In this document: piece by piece, positions 48,382 through 58,628 of the stretch | How the letters are laid out: each line of letters begins with the position of its first letter | How positions within the stretch are numbered: the stretch's first letter is position 1 | Assembly: GCA_963711405.1 (NCBI GenBank) | Contig: CAVQDZ010000004.1 | Coordinates: 126,425 to 190,424, forward strand | Direction: 5' to 3' | Source of the DNA: an uncultured Chloroflexia bacterium | GTDB lineage: Bacteria > Chloroflexota > Limnocylindria > Limnocylindrales > CSP1-4 | DNA: 64,000 nucleotides | Made by a program: the position numbers and the translations under genes | Notes under the pieces: generated by a model | Seen by the model: only the letters and a program-made list of their open reading frames with translations | What the model was told of the DNA's origin: nothing | The model's database searches: none

Positions 48382-48909
48382 TCAGGCTGGAGCGGCCTGC
48401 TCCGGAACTGCGGCCTCGGCGGCCTCGACCGCGGGTGCGACCGCGTCAATCTCTGCGGCGTTCTCCGCCGACACGGTGTGCACCTCGGCGGTGCCGCCAA
48501 GGGATGTCAGCTTGGTCGAAATCTCGCCTGCATCGACGTCGTCAACAAGCACGCCGACAGCGGCCTTGCCATTGCTCAGCTCGGCCGCAATCCGGTCACG
48601 ATCCTCGGCCGTCATGCCCAGACCCTTGTGGTGGAAATGACCGAGTATCCCGCCGCCGATGACGCCGGCCAGCAGGGTCGGCGGGGCGATCACGGCGAGC
48701 ACTAGGCCGATCCCGGCGCCCTTGGCAGTGCTCCGCTTACCGAGCTTATGGGTCTTGATCTTGCCGTCATCGTCGAGGACGAGTACGCCGATCGAGCTCA
48801 GGTTGATGTCCAGGTTTGTGCTCTTGTCCCATGCCTTGAGCGACTCGACGGCCGCATCTGCGGCTGCCTCGTCACTGAAGATCGCGAGGACAACCTGCTT
48901 GTCTGCCAT
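48382..48909 (-). CDS. DUF1269-like general-stress membrane protein
   Basis: Two soluble repeats flank a Gly-zipper TM segment (GAGIGLVLAVIAPPTLLAGVIGGGILGHF). The family assignment is tentative. Confidence 0.6.
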   Translation of the reverse strand: MADKQVVLAIFSDEAAADAAVESLKAWDKSTNLDINLSSIGVLVLDDDGKIKTHKLGKRSTAKGAGIGLVLAVIAPPTLLAGVIGGGILGHFHHKGLGMTAEDRDRIAAELSNGKAAVGVLVDDVDAGEISTKLTSLGGTAEVHTVSAENAAEIDAVAPAVEAAEAAVPEQAAPA

Positions 48910-49097
48910 GTGCGTTCCTCCCGGACCATGTCGTGTCGGCGGGCATCCGCCTACGCCTGGACACAGCTGTTGTCAGTCCCCGGGTCCACGTCACGCGTGC
49001 AGCCAAGAGCCCACTTAGTCCGACCACGCACGATCGATCGTCGTCTAGACGCCCGCGTCCGCCAATTGGGCTGATGCCGTCGAGAATGGCCGGCGAC

Positions 49098-50390
49098 TCA
49101 GGACTCGGTCGCCTCGATCGCGGCCACGTCCGACGTCGTGCGGATGCGCGGGATGGCCGAGAAGACGAGCAGCAGGATCGATAGCGCCATCCCGGCCCAG
49201 CCGATGAAGATGCCGCCACGGACGCCGATGACACCGGCCAAGGCGGCGGCGAGCAGGGCGCCGAGCGGATAGGCGATGCCGTGCGAGAAGACCTCGAGCG
49301 TCGCGTTGACGCGGCCCAGGATGTGGTCCGGGATGACGCCCTGGATGAGCGACAGCTCGGCCACGCCCTCGATCGTCTGCAGCCCGTCGCCGATCAGCTG
49401 GGGCAGGAAGACCATGACCGTGGCGAGCAGGATGGGTCCACCGGCGAGTGGCGTCAGGAGACCGATCGCTGACGCACCGGCCGCGGTCCAGATGATGGCC
49501 GGGCCAAAGCCAAGGCGCTTGATCGTGCGTCCGACGAAGAACGAACCCACGAGCGCGCCGACGCCACCGGCGGATACGACGATGCCCAGCGTGAACGGCT
49601 CCAAACGCAGCTCGTCGATCAGGTAGATCGTGTACAGCACGCCATAGAACGAGCCGGCGACGTGGGCGATCACGGAGCGCAGCGTCAGCGGCACGAGCAC
49701 CGGGTGGCGACGAACGAGCGATAGGCCTTCGACGATCTCGCGGCGCATATGGGGCTTCTGGGTCGGCTCAGGTCGCGCCGGCTCGGGCGTCTTGATCAAG
49801 AGCAGCGAGATCGCCGAGACGATGTAGGAGACGGCGTCCACAAGGATCGCGAACGGCGCGCTGATGAGCTGGACGAGACCGCCGGCAAGGCCCGGCCCAC
49901 CGATCTCGGCGATCGACGAGCTGGCGGCCAGCTTGCTGTTGCCTTCGACCACGCGCTCGGAGCCGATCAGCGACGGGACGTAGGCCGGATACGCGGAGTC
50001 GAAGAGCACGCCCAGGCAGCCCTCGAGAAAAACGACGACGTAGAGCTGTTCCAGACGCAGCGCGCCGATCCAGTAGGCAGCGGGAATTGAGAAAAGCAGC
50101 ACCGAGCGCGCGACGTCCGCCCAGATGAGCACGGGCCGCCGACGAAGACGGTCGACCCACGCGCCCGCGAACAAGCCAACCAATAGGACCGCGAGGCTCT
50201 GGGCGACGATGATCAGCGCCATCTCGAACGGCCCCGCTCCAAGCACGAGCAGGGCAACCAGCGGCACGGCCGTGCGCGTCACGACCGAGCCCAGGCGTGA
50301 GATGGTCTGGCCGGTCCACAGCTTCATGAAGTCCGCGTGGCGCCAGAGCGACGAGTTATCGATCACGGCGGCGAAGGATATCCGCCACAC
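49098..50390 (-). CDS. MFS transporter
   Basis: 430 aa with about 12 TM segments. FMKLWTGQTISRLGS N-terminus, so the start is possibly the internal MKLW. Confidence 0.85.
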   Translation of the reverse strand: MWRISFAAVIDNSSLWRHADFMKLWTGQTISRLGSVVTRTAVPLVALLVLGAGPFEMALIIVAQSLAVLLVGLFAGAWVDRLRRRPVLIWADVARSVLLFSIPAAYWIGALRLEQLYVVVFLEGCLGVLFDSAYPAYVPSLIGSERVVEGNSKLAASSSIAEIGGPGLAGGLVQLISAPFAILVDAVSYIVSAISLLLIKTPEPARPEPTQKPHMRREIVEGLSLVRRHPVLVPLTLRSVIAHVAGSFYGVLYTIYLIDELRLEPFTLGIVVSAGGVGALVGSFFVGRTIKRLGFGPAIIWTAAGASAIGLLTPLAGGPILLATVMVFLPQLIGDGLQTIEGVAELSLIQGVIPDHILGRVNATLEVFSHGIAYPLGALLAAALAGVIGVRGGIFIGWAGMALSILLLVFSAIPRIRTTSDVAAIEATES

Positions 50391-50399
50391 TGACGCGCG

Positions 50400-51365
50400 A
50401 TGGACCCAACGCCCGATCGGCGCCTGGACGAGGGCCGACGCTTCTGGAGTGATCTACGCGAAGTAGTCGCGCGCGCAGTCGTCGTCGACGATGTTGCGCT
50501 TCGACTGCTGGCCATCGCGCTGCTCGCTCACGGCCACGCGCTCGTGGAGGACGTGCCCGGCGTTGGCAAGACGCTGCTGACGCGCTGCTTCTCGCGCGCG
50601 CTGGGCCTGACCTTTGGCCGCGTCCAGGGCACACCGGACCTGCTGCCCAGCGATGTCCTCGGCGCGAGTCTGCTCGAGGGCGACCACTTCCGCTTCGTGC
50701 CCGGTCCGGTTTTCACCAACATCCTGCTCGTCGACGAGATCAACCGCGCCACGCCACGGACGCAGAGCGCGCTACTCGAGGCGATGGAAGAGAGCCAGGT
50801 CTCGATCGAGGGCGAAACGCGGCCACTGCCCGATCCATTCCTGGTCCTGGCCACGCAGAACCCGATCGAGCTGGAGGGCACGTTCGCGCTGCCGGAGGCT
50901 CAGCTCGACCGCTTTCTGGTGCGCCTCACACTGGGCTACCCGGACCTCGCCGACGAGCGGCGCATCGCGAGCCGCTACCGGGCGTCGGCGGATCCACTGA
51001 GCGCGATCGAGCCGATCGTCGAAGGGCCGGCGCTGCTCGCGATGCGCGAAACGGCACGGACCATCCTGGTCGCCGAGCCGGTCGAGGAATACGTCGTCGC
51101 CCTCGTGCGCGCCACGCGCGAGCGCAAGGAAGTGCGCCTGGGTGGCAGCCCGCGCGCGAGCGTGGCTCTGTACCGTGCCGCCCAGTCGTACGCGTTCCTG
51201 GACGGCCGCGGCTTCGTGCTGCCTGACGACGTCAAGACGGTTGCGCCGGCAGTGCTGGGCCACCGCGTGGTGCTCGACCTGGACTACTCGTTGCGCGGCT
51301 CGAACTCGCGCGAGATCGTCGAGCGCGTGCTCGAGGTCGTACCGGCGCCGCCAGCTCCAGAATGA
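50400..51365 (+). CDS. MoxR-family AAA+ ATPase
   Basis: Walker A DVPGVGKT, Walker B LLVDEINRA, and the QNPIELEGTF.LPEAQLDRF motif. Confidence 0.9.
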   Translation: MDPTPDRRLDEGRRFWSDLREVVARAVVVDDVALRLLAIALLAHGHALVEDVPGVGKTLLTRCFSRALGLTFGRVQGTPDLLPSDVLGASLLEGDHFRFVPGPVFTNILLVDEINRATPRTQSALLEAMEESQVSIEGETRPLPDPFLVLATQNPIELEGTFALPEAQLDRFLVRLTLGYPDLADERRIASRYRASADPLSAIEPIVEGPALLAMRETARTILVAEPVEEYVVALVRATRERKEVRLGGSPRASVALYRAAQSYAFLDGRGFVLPDDVKTVAPAVLGHRVVLDLDYSLRGSNSREIVERVLEVVPAPPAPE

Positions 51366-52594
51366 TCGGCCTGGGCGCCGGCCTGCTCCTGGTTGTCATC
51401 GGTGCCCTCTTCGCGGCCCCTGGGCTGATCGCCGTCGGGGTCATCGTCGCCCTCGTCTGGCTCCTCCGCTCGTTGTGGGCGCGCTTCGGCTTACGCGGGG
51501 TCACCTATGAACGCAAGCTTGGTGCTCAAAGGGCGCTCGTCGGCGAGGAGATCCAGCTCGAGCTGACCGTTCGCAATCGGAAGCTTCTGCCGCTGCCGTG
51601 GCTGGAGGTTGAGGACTTCGTCAGCGAGGGCGTGAGCGTCGCCGGCCGGCCATTGGAGCCGTCCGACCAGCCCGGCTTCGCCATCCTGCGCACGACCTGG
51701 ACGCTGGGCTGGTTCCAGCGCGTCACGCGCCGGATGGACATCGTCGCCGAGCGCCGTGGGATCTACGACTTCACCACGACCCGACTGCGCGTCGCGGACC
51801 TGTTCGCTCCCGACAGCGTGGAATCAGAGGAAACGCACAAGCTGCGCTACCGGATCGTGCCGCGCTATGTGCCGGTGCGGGCAACCGCTCCGTTGAGCGA
51901 TCTGCCCGGCTCGGCCAAGGTCTTGCGCGGCCTGTTCGAGGATCCGGCGCTGTTCGCTGGTGTCCGGCCGTACCAGCCGGGCGACGCGTTGCGCCGCGTG
52001 CATTGGAAGGCCAGCGCCCGCCTGGGACGTCCCGTCAGCCGGCGCTATGACCCGGTCCATGAGCGAGACGTCATCATCGCCCTCGACGCCCAGACCGTGG
52101 CTGGGCCCTTCTGGCTGATGCAGTACGACGACGAGCTGGTCGAGGGCCTGTGTGTCGCGGCGATGTCTTTGGCCAGGACCATGATCGGCAGCGGCGTCGC
52201 CTGCGGCCTGAGTGTCAACGCCTACACGACCCAATCGGAGTTGCGCTCGGTGTACCTTGCGCCCAGCTCGTCCAACGTCCAGATCGAGCGCATTGCCGAC
52301 CAGCTCGCGGACGTCAGCCGCTGGGCCTCGCTGCCCTTCACAACGCTGCTGCACGGCCTGGGCCGGCGCATGCCACCCACGACGAGCATCGTTGCCATCA
52401 GCGGCCGCGACTCGGACGACTACGCGCCGGTGCTGCGCCGGCTGTCCGCTTCCGGCCGCAACGTCCAGCTCGCTGCGCTGGGCCGCTTCTCAGCCGACGC
52501 TGCCGCGCACGCCAGGGCGTTGGGCCTGCGCGCGACCATCATCAAGCTCGAGCCCAACTGGAGGACCGCGGATGCGCTCGAGATGGTCGGCTGA
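51362..52594 (+). CDS. DUF58 (vWA-like) protein, MoxR partner
   Basis: ATGA overlap with the moxR stop. N-terminal TM hairpin, then RPYQPGDALRRVHWKASAR, the DUF58 signature. Confidence 0.85.
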   Translation: MIGLGAGLLLVVIGALFAAPGLIAVGVIVALVWLLRSLWARFGLRGVTYERKLGAQRALVGEEIQLELTVRNRKLLPLPWLEVEDFVSEGVSVAGRPLEPSDQPGFAILRTTWTLGWFQRVTRRMDIVAERRGIYDFTTTRLRVADLFAPDSVESEETHKLRYRIVPRYVPVRATAPLSDLPGSAKVLRGLFEDPALFAGVRPYQPGDALRRVHWKASARLGRPVSRRYDPVHERDVIIALDAQTVAGPFWLMQYDDELVEGLCVAAMSLARTMIGSGVACGLSVNAYTTQSELRSVYLAPSSSNVQIERIADQLADVSRWASLPFTTLLHGLGRRMPPTTSIVAISGRDSDDYAPVLRRLSASGRNVQLAALGRFSADAAAHARALGLRATIIKLEPNWRTADALEMVG

Positions 52595-53918
52595 GCTGAT
52601 CCTCACGTGGCTCGCCGCGGCGACCATGGAGGGCGCGTGGCTGACGCTTGCCAACATCCTGCTTCAGTGGCTGAAGCAGAGCCCCCGGCTTGACCTGGGC
52701 ATCTTCATCTTCACCTTCGCCGTGCTGGTTGGCATGCTCGTAGCGCGCTCGACACGGCTGCTGCCGCAATCGCGCTACGCGAGCGTGATCACGGTTGCGG
52801 TAGTGGTCATGGCCGGTGTCGCCGCGCTGCTGTCGGGCGTGGCGACGAGCGACGCGGGCGGCTTCGTTCGGTCTGCCGTTGTGGACCCCGGCGTGTGGCT
52901 GGTCGGCATTGCCGTGCTGCGCGGCGCGGCCCACGGCGAGCCCGGCACGGGCTATGCCACGGAGCGCGTCTTCAGCCTGGGCATGCCCGCGCTGGTCGTG
53001 TTCTGGCTGCTGGCGACGTGGAGCGGGATGCTCCACAACGACGTCTTTGCCACGGCCGCGTTCACGGCCACGCTCAGCTTTGTCAGCGCGGGCCTGCTGT
53101 CACTTGGCCTGGGCCGGCTCTCCGATCTTGCCGTTGACGCCGTCGATCGTGGCGCGCGACGGCGCTGGCTGCTCCTCGTCACGGGCATCGTGGCTGTGGT
53201 CCTGGTCATCGGAGTGCCGCTCGCAGCTGTCCTGGGCCTGCCCGTGGCTGCCGCCGTGGCGGGCGTGGCCGGGCCGCTGGCGCCGGTGCTGATATTCATC
53301 TTCTACCTGCTCGCCATCCCCATCTTCTGGCTGCTCGACCTGATCGCCGGTCTGTTCCACGGAAGCGGCGGCCATACCGTGCCGACCATCCTGCAACCAT
53401 CGCCCCTGGGCTCGAGTGTCCCGCCGCTGTTCGAGCGGCCGACGGGTCCGCCGCCCGATCTGACGTGGGTCCTGTTCGTGCTCATTGGCGTGGGCGTGCT
53501 CGTTCTCCTTCGCCTCGTTGCGCTGCTCCTGGCACGGCCTGTTGTCACTGACATTGCGCCCGATGCCGACGAGGTCCGCGTCGGCGAGCCGATCGTCCTG
53601 CCCGGCCTGCCCAGGATCCCGCGGCCACACCTGCCCGCCAGGCGCCAGGCGCCGCGCACCGCGGTAGAGGCCTATCAGCTGTCGCTCGTCGCTCTCGCGG
53701 GCGGTGCCGACGGTCGCCTCGTTGGCGAGACGCCCCGCGAACACGCGCAGCGCGTGCGCGGATCTGAGGTTGGCCGCGATGTGCGCCGTCTGGCTACCGA
53801 CTACCAACTGCAGGTGTTCGCCGGGGTTCGGCTGACTGCGACCGAGACGCGCCGTGCCCTCGAGCGCTGGCGACGCATCGTGCGCCACGCGCGGCGGCAG
53901 CCGCGCCGCGAGCGCTGA
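52572..53918 (+). CDS. Polytopic membrane protein with a C-terminal DUF4129-like domain
   Basis: ATG 52572 overlaps the end of the DUF58 gene. It has multiple TM segments. The C-terminal ETPREHAQRV..DYQLQVFAG region resembles DUF4129. I saw no transglutaminase Cys-His-Asp core. Confidence 0.6.
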   Translation: MRSRWSAELILTWLAAATMEGAWLTLANILLQWLKQSPRLDLGIFIFTFAVLVGMLVARSTRLLPQSRYASVITVAVVVMAGVAALLSGVATSDAGGFVRSAVVDPGVWLVGIAVLRGAAHGEPGTGYATERVFSLGMPALVVFWLLATWSGMLHNDVFATAAFTATLSFVSAGLLSLGLGRLSDLAVDAVDRGARRRWLLLVTGIVAVVLVIGVPLAAVLGLPVAAAVAGVAGPLAPVLIFIFYLLAIPIFWLLDLIAGLFHGSGGHTVPTILQPSPLGSSVPPLFERPTGPPPDLTWVLFVLIGVGVLVLLRLVALLLARPVVTDIAPDADEVRVGEPIVLPGLPRIPRPHLPARRQAPRTAVEAYQLSLVALAGGADGRLVGETPREHAQRVRGSEVGRDVRRLATDYQLQVFAGVRLTATETRRALERWRRIVRHARRQPRRER

Positions 53919-53936
53919 TCGCGCTACGATCGAGGC

Positions 53937-54584
53937 GTGTATCAGCCGGCACACGGAAAGTTCGTGGTCGAGGACCCGGTTGCGCTCCTGCTCCGACTTT
54001 GCGCGACGCTGCCGGCGACGCTCGTCACGACGACAGCGGACGGCGGGTTACGAACGTCAATCCTGCCGATGCTGTTCGAACCCGAGGCGGGCGAGCACGG
54101 CATCCTGCGCGGACACCTCGCCCGGCCCAATGACCAGTGGCGCGATGCCCGACCCAGAGCGGAGGCGATCGCCATCTTCAACGGCCCAGACGCGTACGTC
54201 TCGCCAACGTGGTACGAGGAGAAGCGACGCACCGGGCGCGTCGTGCCAACCTGGAACTACACCACGGTCGTGGCTCACGGCGTGCTGATCGCCCATGACG
54301 ACGTCGAGTGGCTGCTACCTCACGTCAGCGGCCTGGTGGACGCCCATGAGCACAGCCGTCCGGATCCATGGTCGGTCGACGATGCGCCGCACGGCTACAT
54401 CGCGGGGCAGGCCAAGGGCATCGTGGGCCTTGAGCTCGTGATAGGTCGGCTCGACGCCAAGCGCAAGCTGACCCAGAACCGGTCGGCGGAGGACATCAAG
54501 GGCACCATCGAGGGACTCGCGGCGGGCACCGCTCGCGAAGGAGACGTGGCCGATGACATGCGCGAGGCCATCTCAGATGGCTGA
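53937..54584 (+). CDS. FMN-binding negative transcriptional regulator (PaiB family)
   Basis: MYQPAHGKF.., GHLARPNDQW, FNGPDAYVSPTWY and VPTWNYTTVVAHG. Confidence 0.8.
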   Translation: MYQPAHGKFVVEDPVALLLRLCATLPATLVTTTADGGLRTSILPMLFEPEAGEHGILRGHLARPNDQWRDARPRAEAIAIFNGPDAYVSPTWYEEKRRTGRVVPTWNYTTVVAHGVLIAHDDVEWLLPHVSGLVDAHEHSRPDPWSVDDAPHGYIAGQAKGIVGLELVIGRLDAKRKLTQNRSAEDIKGTIEGLAAGTAREGDVADDMREAISDG

Positions 54585-55719
54585 CAACGCGACCACGGGC
54601 GAAGAGGCGGCCGAGATCCTCGCCGGCGCCTCCGCAGCAACGGTCGTGAACGTTCACTACAAGCCGATGACGCTGCCCAGCGCACCCTTCTGGCTGATCC
54701 TGATCGCCGGCGTCCTGATCATCTCGATCATCGTCGCCACGTGGTCGGTGGTCTTCATGTTTGCGGTGGGCATGGGTCTCTTCGCCGTGCTGCTGCCGAT
54801 AGTGAACTGGCTGACCGGGCGCGGTTTGAAGCGTGGCCTGGCGTCGCTGATCGTCGTGGCCCTGATGGTCGTTGTCGCGATCGTTGTCGGTCTCTTCGCA
54901 CTGGCCATCTACTTCAACCAGTTCCTGCCGTTCATCGCCGCCATCCCAGAGCGCCTCACGGAAGTCCAGGCAAATGCGCCGGCATGGCTCGCCGGTCCAA
55001 TCCAGGGGCTCCTCGACTCGATCAACAACGCCGTCGCAAGCCTTGACGGCACGACGATCTTCCTTGGCTTCCTGAAGGGCATCCTGGGCCTCGTGGGAAC
55101 GGCGCTCGCCCTGACGATGCTGCCCTTCTTCATCTTCTATCTACTCGTGGACCAGCCGCGCATGTCGAGCAGCATGCGGGAGGGCATACCCGTCCCGTGG
55201 CGCCCCTTCGTGAGAGAGGCCGTCCATATCTTCATCAACGACTTTGCCAACTACTTCAAGGCAGAGGTCGTCGTTGGCCTCATCCAGGGCACGATGGTCA
55301 CCATCGGCGTCTTCATCATCGGCTTGATCGTTGGGCCACCCTTGGCCGGCTACGCGCTGCTGCTCGGGGCAATCGCGGCAGTGATGGAGCTCTTGCCCCA
55401 GATCGGCCCGATCATTGCCCTGATACCGGCCCTGCTGCTGGCGCTCGCTACGTCGCCCCTCGCGGTTGTGCTCGTGGGCGCCTTCTATCTGGTCGTCTTC
55501 ATCATCGAAGCCAACGTCCTGGTGCCCAAGATCGAGGGCCAGGTGATCTCATTCAGCCCCGCGACAGTGATCTTCCTGGTGGCCGTTGGTCTCGCGCTGG
55601 GCGGCATCGTCGGCGGGATCCTGGCGCTGCCCGTCGCCGCAATCGTGCGCGACTTCTTCGGCTTCGTGTTTCGCCAACTCGAGCGCGACAGCATCGTCGA
55701 GGAACCGTCGCCGACGTAG
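54577..55719 (+). CDS. AI-2E (PerM/UPF0118) family transporter
   Basis: I prefer ATG 54577, which overlaps the paiB stop. About 8 TM segments and a conserved ELLPQIGPIIALIPA segment. Confidence 0.85.
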   Translation: MADNATTGEEAAEILAGASAATVVNVHYKPMTLPSAPFWLILIAGVLIISIIVATWSVVFMFAVGMGLFAVLLPIVNWLTGRGLKRGLASLIVVALMVVVAIVVGLFALAIYFNQFLPFIAAIPERLTEVQANAPAWLAGPIQGLLDSINNAVASLDGTTIFLGFLKGILGLVGTALALTMLPFFIFYLLVDQPRMSSSMREGIPVPWRPFVREAVHIFINDFANYFKAEVVVGLIQGTMVTIGVFIIGLIVGPPLAGYALLLGAIAAVMELLPQIGPIIALIPALLLALATSPLAVVLVGAFYLVVFIIEANVLVPKIEGQVISFSPATVIFLVAVGLALGGIVGGILALPVAAIVRDFFGFVFRQLERDSIVEEPSPT

Positions 55720-56197
55720 CCCACTCCGGGTGACGCTGCCTTGGCCGTGCCCATCGAAGGTTGTCGTCGGACGCTTTCCTTGACGTTGACGGAGAATTGC
55801 TGGCGCTATGGCAATTGAGGACAAGATCCGCCGCGTCGGCATCATCGTCGTGACGTATCCGTGGATGCGCCGCTACGTGACCGTCTCACCTCTGGTGAAT
55901 CGATCTGTCAAGCACACGGCCGTGGCCAGCGCCACGACGCGCACCGTGGGTCGCGCCGCCGATACAGTCTCCGCTCGAAGACGCCCCAAGGCAGGCCCGA
56001 ACAAACCCGCCTGATGCCCACCGGGTAGCAGCACACCGCGACATTCGCGCGCCATAAGTGCTCCACGCGCAGCCCTGAGTCGGCTATCGTCCGCGCGTAC
56101 CCGCGGCCGGACCGTCATCCCAAGTGCATGACGCGGTGGTGCGCCGCAATTCCTACGTTTGCAGTGAGTGCGCATCGCTGGCGCTTTTGGTGAGGGA

Positions 56198-57007
56198 ATG
56201 AGAGACATGAACCTGGTCAATCGGCGGGTGCCTGCGCTTGCAACCATCGTCATGGCTGCGATCGTCATCGCCGGCTGCGGCGCATCCACGGGCGCATCGC
56301 CAACGCCGGCGTCGCCCAGCCCGCTGGCCAATACGGAATGGACGCTGACTACCTTCGCCGGACGAACGATTCCAAGCGGCGCCAATGTGACCCTGATATT
56401 CGCCCTGCTCAAGGCGGGCGGTTTCTCGGGCTGCAACCAGTTCAACATGCCCTACGCGACTCAGGACACAGGATTGCGTTTCGGCCCCATCGCGGGCACG
56501 CTCAGGTCGTGCGGCGAAACGATCGACGCGTTCCAGACGGGCTACTACTCATCGCTCTCGAGCGTCACCCACTGGGGTGTCACCGGCGACGTGCTGGAGC
56601 TGCGCAAGGCAACGGGGGAAACCATCTTCACCTACAACCGAATGGCTCCCGCATCTGTCGATGGACCATGGACCGTGACCTCGGTCAACAACGGCAACCA
56701 GGGCGTCGAGTCGATCCCGACAGGCGTCACTGCAAACATCTCTTTCCTGCCCGACAACCTGCTCGAGGGCTTCGGCGGCTGCAACAGCTTCAGTGGCGAC
56801 TACCTCGTCGTCGGCACGGACAACATCTCGTTTGGGCCGATCATGTCGACCATGAAGGCTTGCGACGATCCTGCCGGGTCGTTCGAGCACCAGTTCCTCA
56901 CGGCACTCCAGAATTCGACCAAGTGGAGCGTCACGAACGGTGCCCTTGAACTACGAGACGCGAGCGGTGCGCTGCAGGTCGGAGCGACCTCTGCGATGAC
57001 TCCCTAG
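56198..57007 (+). CDS. Lipoprotein with two META (HslJ-like) domains
   Basis: Lipobox VIAGCG. Two repeats of W.L/V..GFSGCN.F.G.Y (GGFSGCNQFNMPY and GFGGCNSFSGDY) with the MKAC/LRSC motif. Confidence 0.8.
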   Translation: MRDMNLVNRRVPALATIVMAAIVIAGCGASTGASPTPASPSPLANTEWTLTTFAGRTIPSGANVTLIFALLKAGGFSGCNQFNMPYATQDTGLRFGPIAGTLRSCGETIDAFQTGYYSSLSSVTHWGVTGDVLELRKATGETIFTYNRMAPASVDGPWTVTSVNNGNQGVESIPTGVTANISFLPDNLLEGFGGCNSFSGDYLVVGTDNISFGPIMSTMKACDDPAGSFEHQFLTALQNSTKWSVTNGALELRDASGALQVGATSAMTP

Positions 57008-57033
57008 CCGATCCTTATGAAAGGGAGAGCACA

Positions 57034-57594
57034 GTGCTGACAACTGCTGCGGACGCGCAGACGCTGCGAGCGCGTTGGGGGTGGATCTTTGGCGCCGGAG
57101 TGGTGCTGGCCATACTCGGCGTGGTCGCGTTGATGAACGCTGTCAGCGCGACGCTCATCACGGCCGCGATCGTGGGCTTGCTGCTGATCGTGGCCGGCAT
57201 CGTTGACATCTTTGCCGCGCTCACCGGCGGCACGGAGACAGGCGGCTGGCGGATCCTGCGCGGCATCCTGGGGGTTCTCTACATCGTCGTTGGCATCGAC
57301 ATCTTCACCAACCCGGCCCTGGGCGCTATCACGTTGATCCTCGTCGTTGGCCTGCTGCTGATCTTCGACGGCATCATGAAGATCATCGGCGCGTTCACCC
57401 GCCGCGGCAATTTCCTGCTCCTGCTCGCGATCGGCATCATCGATATCCTGCTCGGCTTCTGGGCGATCACCAACATCCCGTTCTCCGGGGTGGCGATCGG
57501 CTTCTTCATCGGCCTGATGTTGATCATGGCCGGTATCAGCTGGATGGTTACCGGCTGGAGCCTTAAGTCCGGCGCACTGACCCAGGGAGTCTGA
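57034..57594 (+). CDS. HdeD/DUF308-family membrane protein
   Basis: GTG 57034 follows AAGGGAGAG. Six TM segments with the repeated pattern G.L.I..GI..I. Confidence 0.8.
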   Translation: MLTTAADAQTLRARWGWIFGAGVVLAILGVVALMNAVSATLITAAIVGLLLIVAGIVDIFAALTGGTETGGWRILRGILGVLYIVVGIDIFTNPALGAITLILVVGLLLIFDGIMKIIGAFTRRGNFLLLLAIGIIDILLGFWAITNIPFSGVAIGFFIGLMLIMAGISWMVTGWSLKSGALTQGV

Positions 57595-57605
57595 GACAAA
57601 CCACC

Positions 57606-58628
57606 ATGCGCCATCGCGGCATCATCCATAACTTCTTCGTCGGGCTGCTTGTTCTGCTGGCCAGCCTGACGTTCGTGTTCACCGCGATCGGCGGTTGGAC
57701 GCATCAGACCGCGCTCGTCGGTGACCGCTTCGTAGCGACGATCACCAGTGCCACGACTGATCCAGTGGTCATCGATTCGCTGGGCACGCGCATCGCCGAC
57801 CAGGTTGTCGACAAGCTGGGCCTCCAGCAGCGCCTGACCGACAAGCTGCCTGCCCCTCTGGTTCGCCTGGCCGAGCCGCTCACCCAGGCGGTCCACGACC
57901 GCATCGAACAGGCGGCCGACAAGGTGCTCAGCAGCCCCCAGTTCCAGAGCTTCTTCGCGACGGCCCTGACTGGGCTGCACAACGGCTTGCTGAACGTCGT
58001 CAACGGCAACTCGCAGTACTTCACGACGACCAACGGCAAGCTCACCCTGGACCTGATCGCGGTCATGGACGCGGTCATCACCCAGCTTCAAACCGATGGC
58101 GTATTGCCGACGGTTGACGACTTTCCGCGCTTCGCGGCCGCCGCCGATCGGACCGACTTCCTGGCCAAGCTGAGCACGTACACGCAGTCCCAGCTGCCGC
58201 CGGATTTCGGCCAGATCCCGATCGCCGACGCCTCGTCGGTCGACGCGATTGCGAATGCGCTGCACCTGTTCGACCAGGCGTTGATCGGCATGGCCGTGCT
58301 GGCCATCGTGCTCGCCCTCGCGGCCCTTGTCTTTGCTGATCGGCGCTGGAACGCTGTCGCCTGGCTGGGCTTCACGAGCGTGTTTTTCCTGGGCCTCGCG
58401 ATCATCGCCCTGGTCGGTATCGAGGGTTACGCAGATGGTGCGGTCGCTAATCCGGACAACCGCGTCCTACTCGCGGCGCTCGTACGCAGCCTCGCCCAAT
58501 CGCTCGCCGAGTGGCTGACCATCATCGGCCTGGTCACCTTGTTTATCGCCGTGCCAGCCGGGTTCCTGGCCCACCACTCGCGCAAACAGGCTGAGGAACG
58601 GCTGGCGGCCGGCAAGTCCGCCGCATGA
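57606..58628 (+). CDS. Membrane protein (hypothetical): N-terminal TM, ~200-aa ectodomain, C-terminal TM bundle
   Basis: 340-aa ORF, 11 nt after hdeD, whose stop overlaps the next start (ATGA at 58625-58628). No family recognised. Confidence 0.6.
   Translation: MRHRGIIHNFFVGLLVLLASLTFVFTAIGGWTHQTALVGDRFVATITSATTDPVVIDSLGTRIADQVVDKLGLQQRLTDKLPAPLVRLAEPLTQAVHDRIEQAADKVLSSPQFQSFFATALTGLHNGLLNVVNGNSQYFTTTNGKLTLDLIAVMDAVITQLQTDGVLPTVDDFPRFAAAADRTDFLAKLSTYTQSQLPPDFGQIPIADASSVDAIANALHLFDQALIGMAVLAIVLALAALVFADRRWNAVAWLGFTSVFFLGLAIIALVGIEGYADGAVANPDNRVLLAALVRSLAQSLAEWLTIIGLVTLFIAVPAGFLAHHSRKQAEERLAAGKSAA

Noticed and set aside
52212-52571. N-terminal 120 codons of ORF 52212..53918
   Set aside because: This part overlaps the well-supported DUF58 gene in another frame and is Arg/Pro/Ala-rich. 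I prefer the ATG at 52572, where the hydrophobic protein begins.
55808-56014. 68-aa ORF in the large intergenic gap
   Set aside because: It has a weak ribosome-binding context and no recognisable family. I kept the region as an open question instead of annotating a gene.
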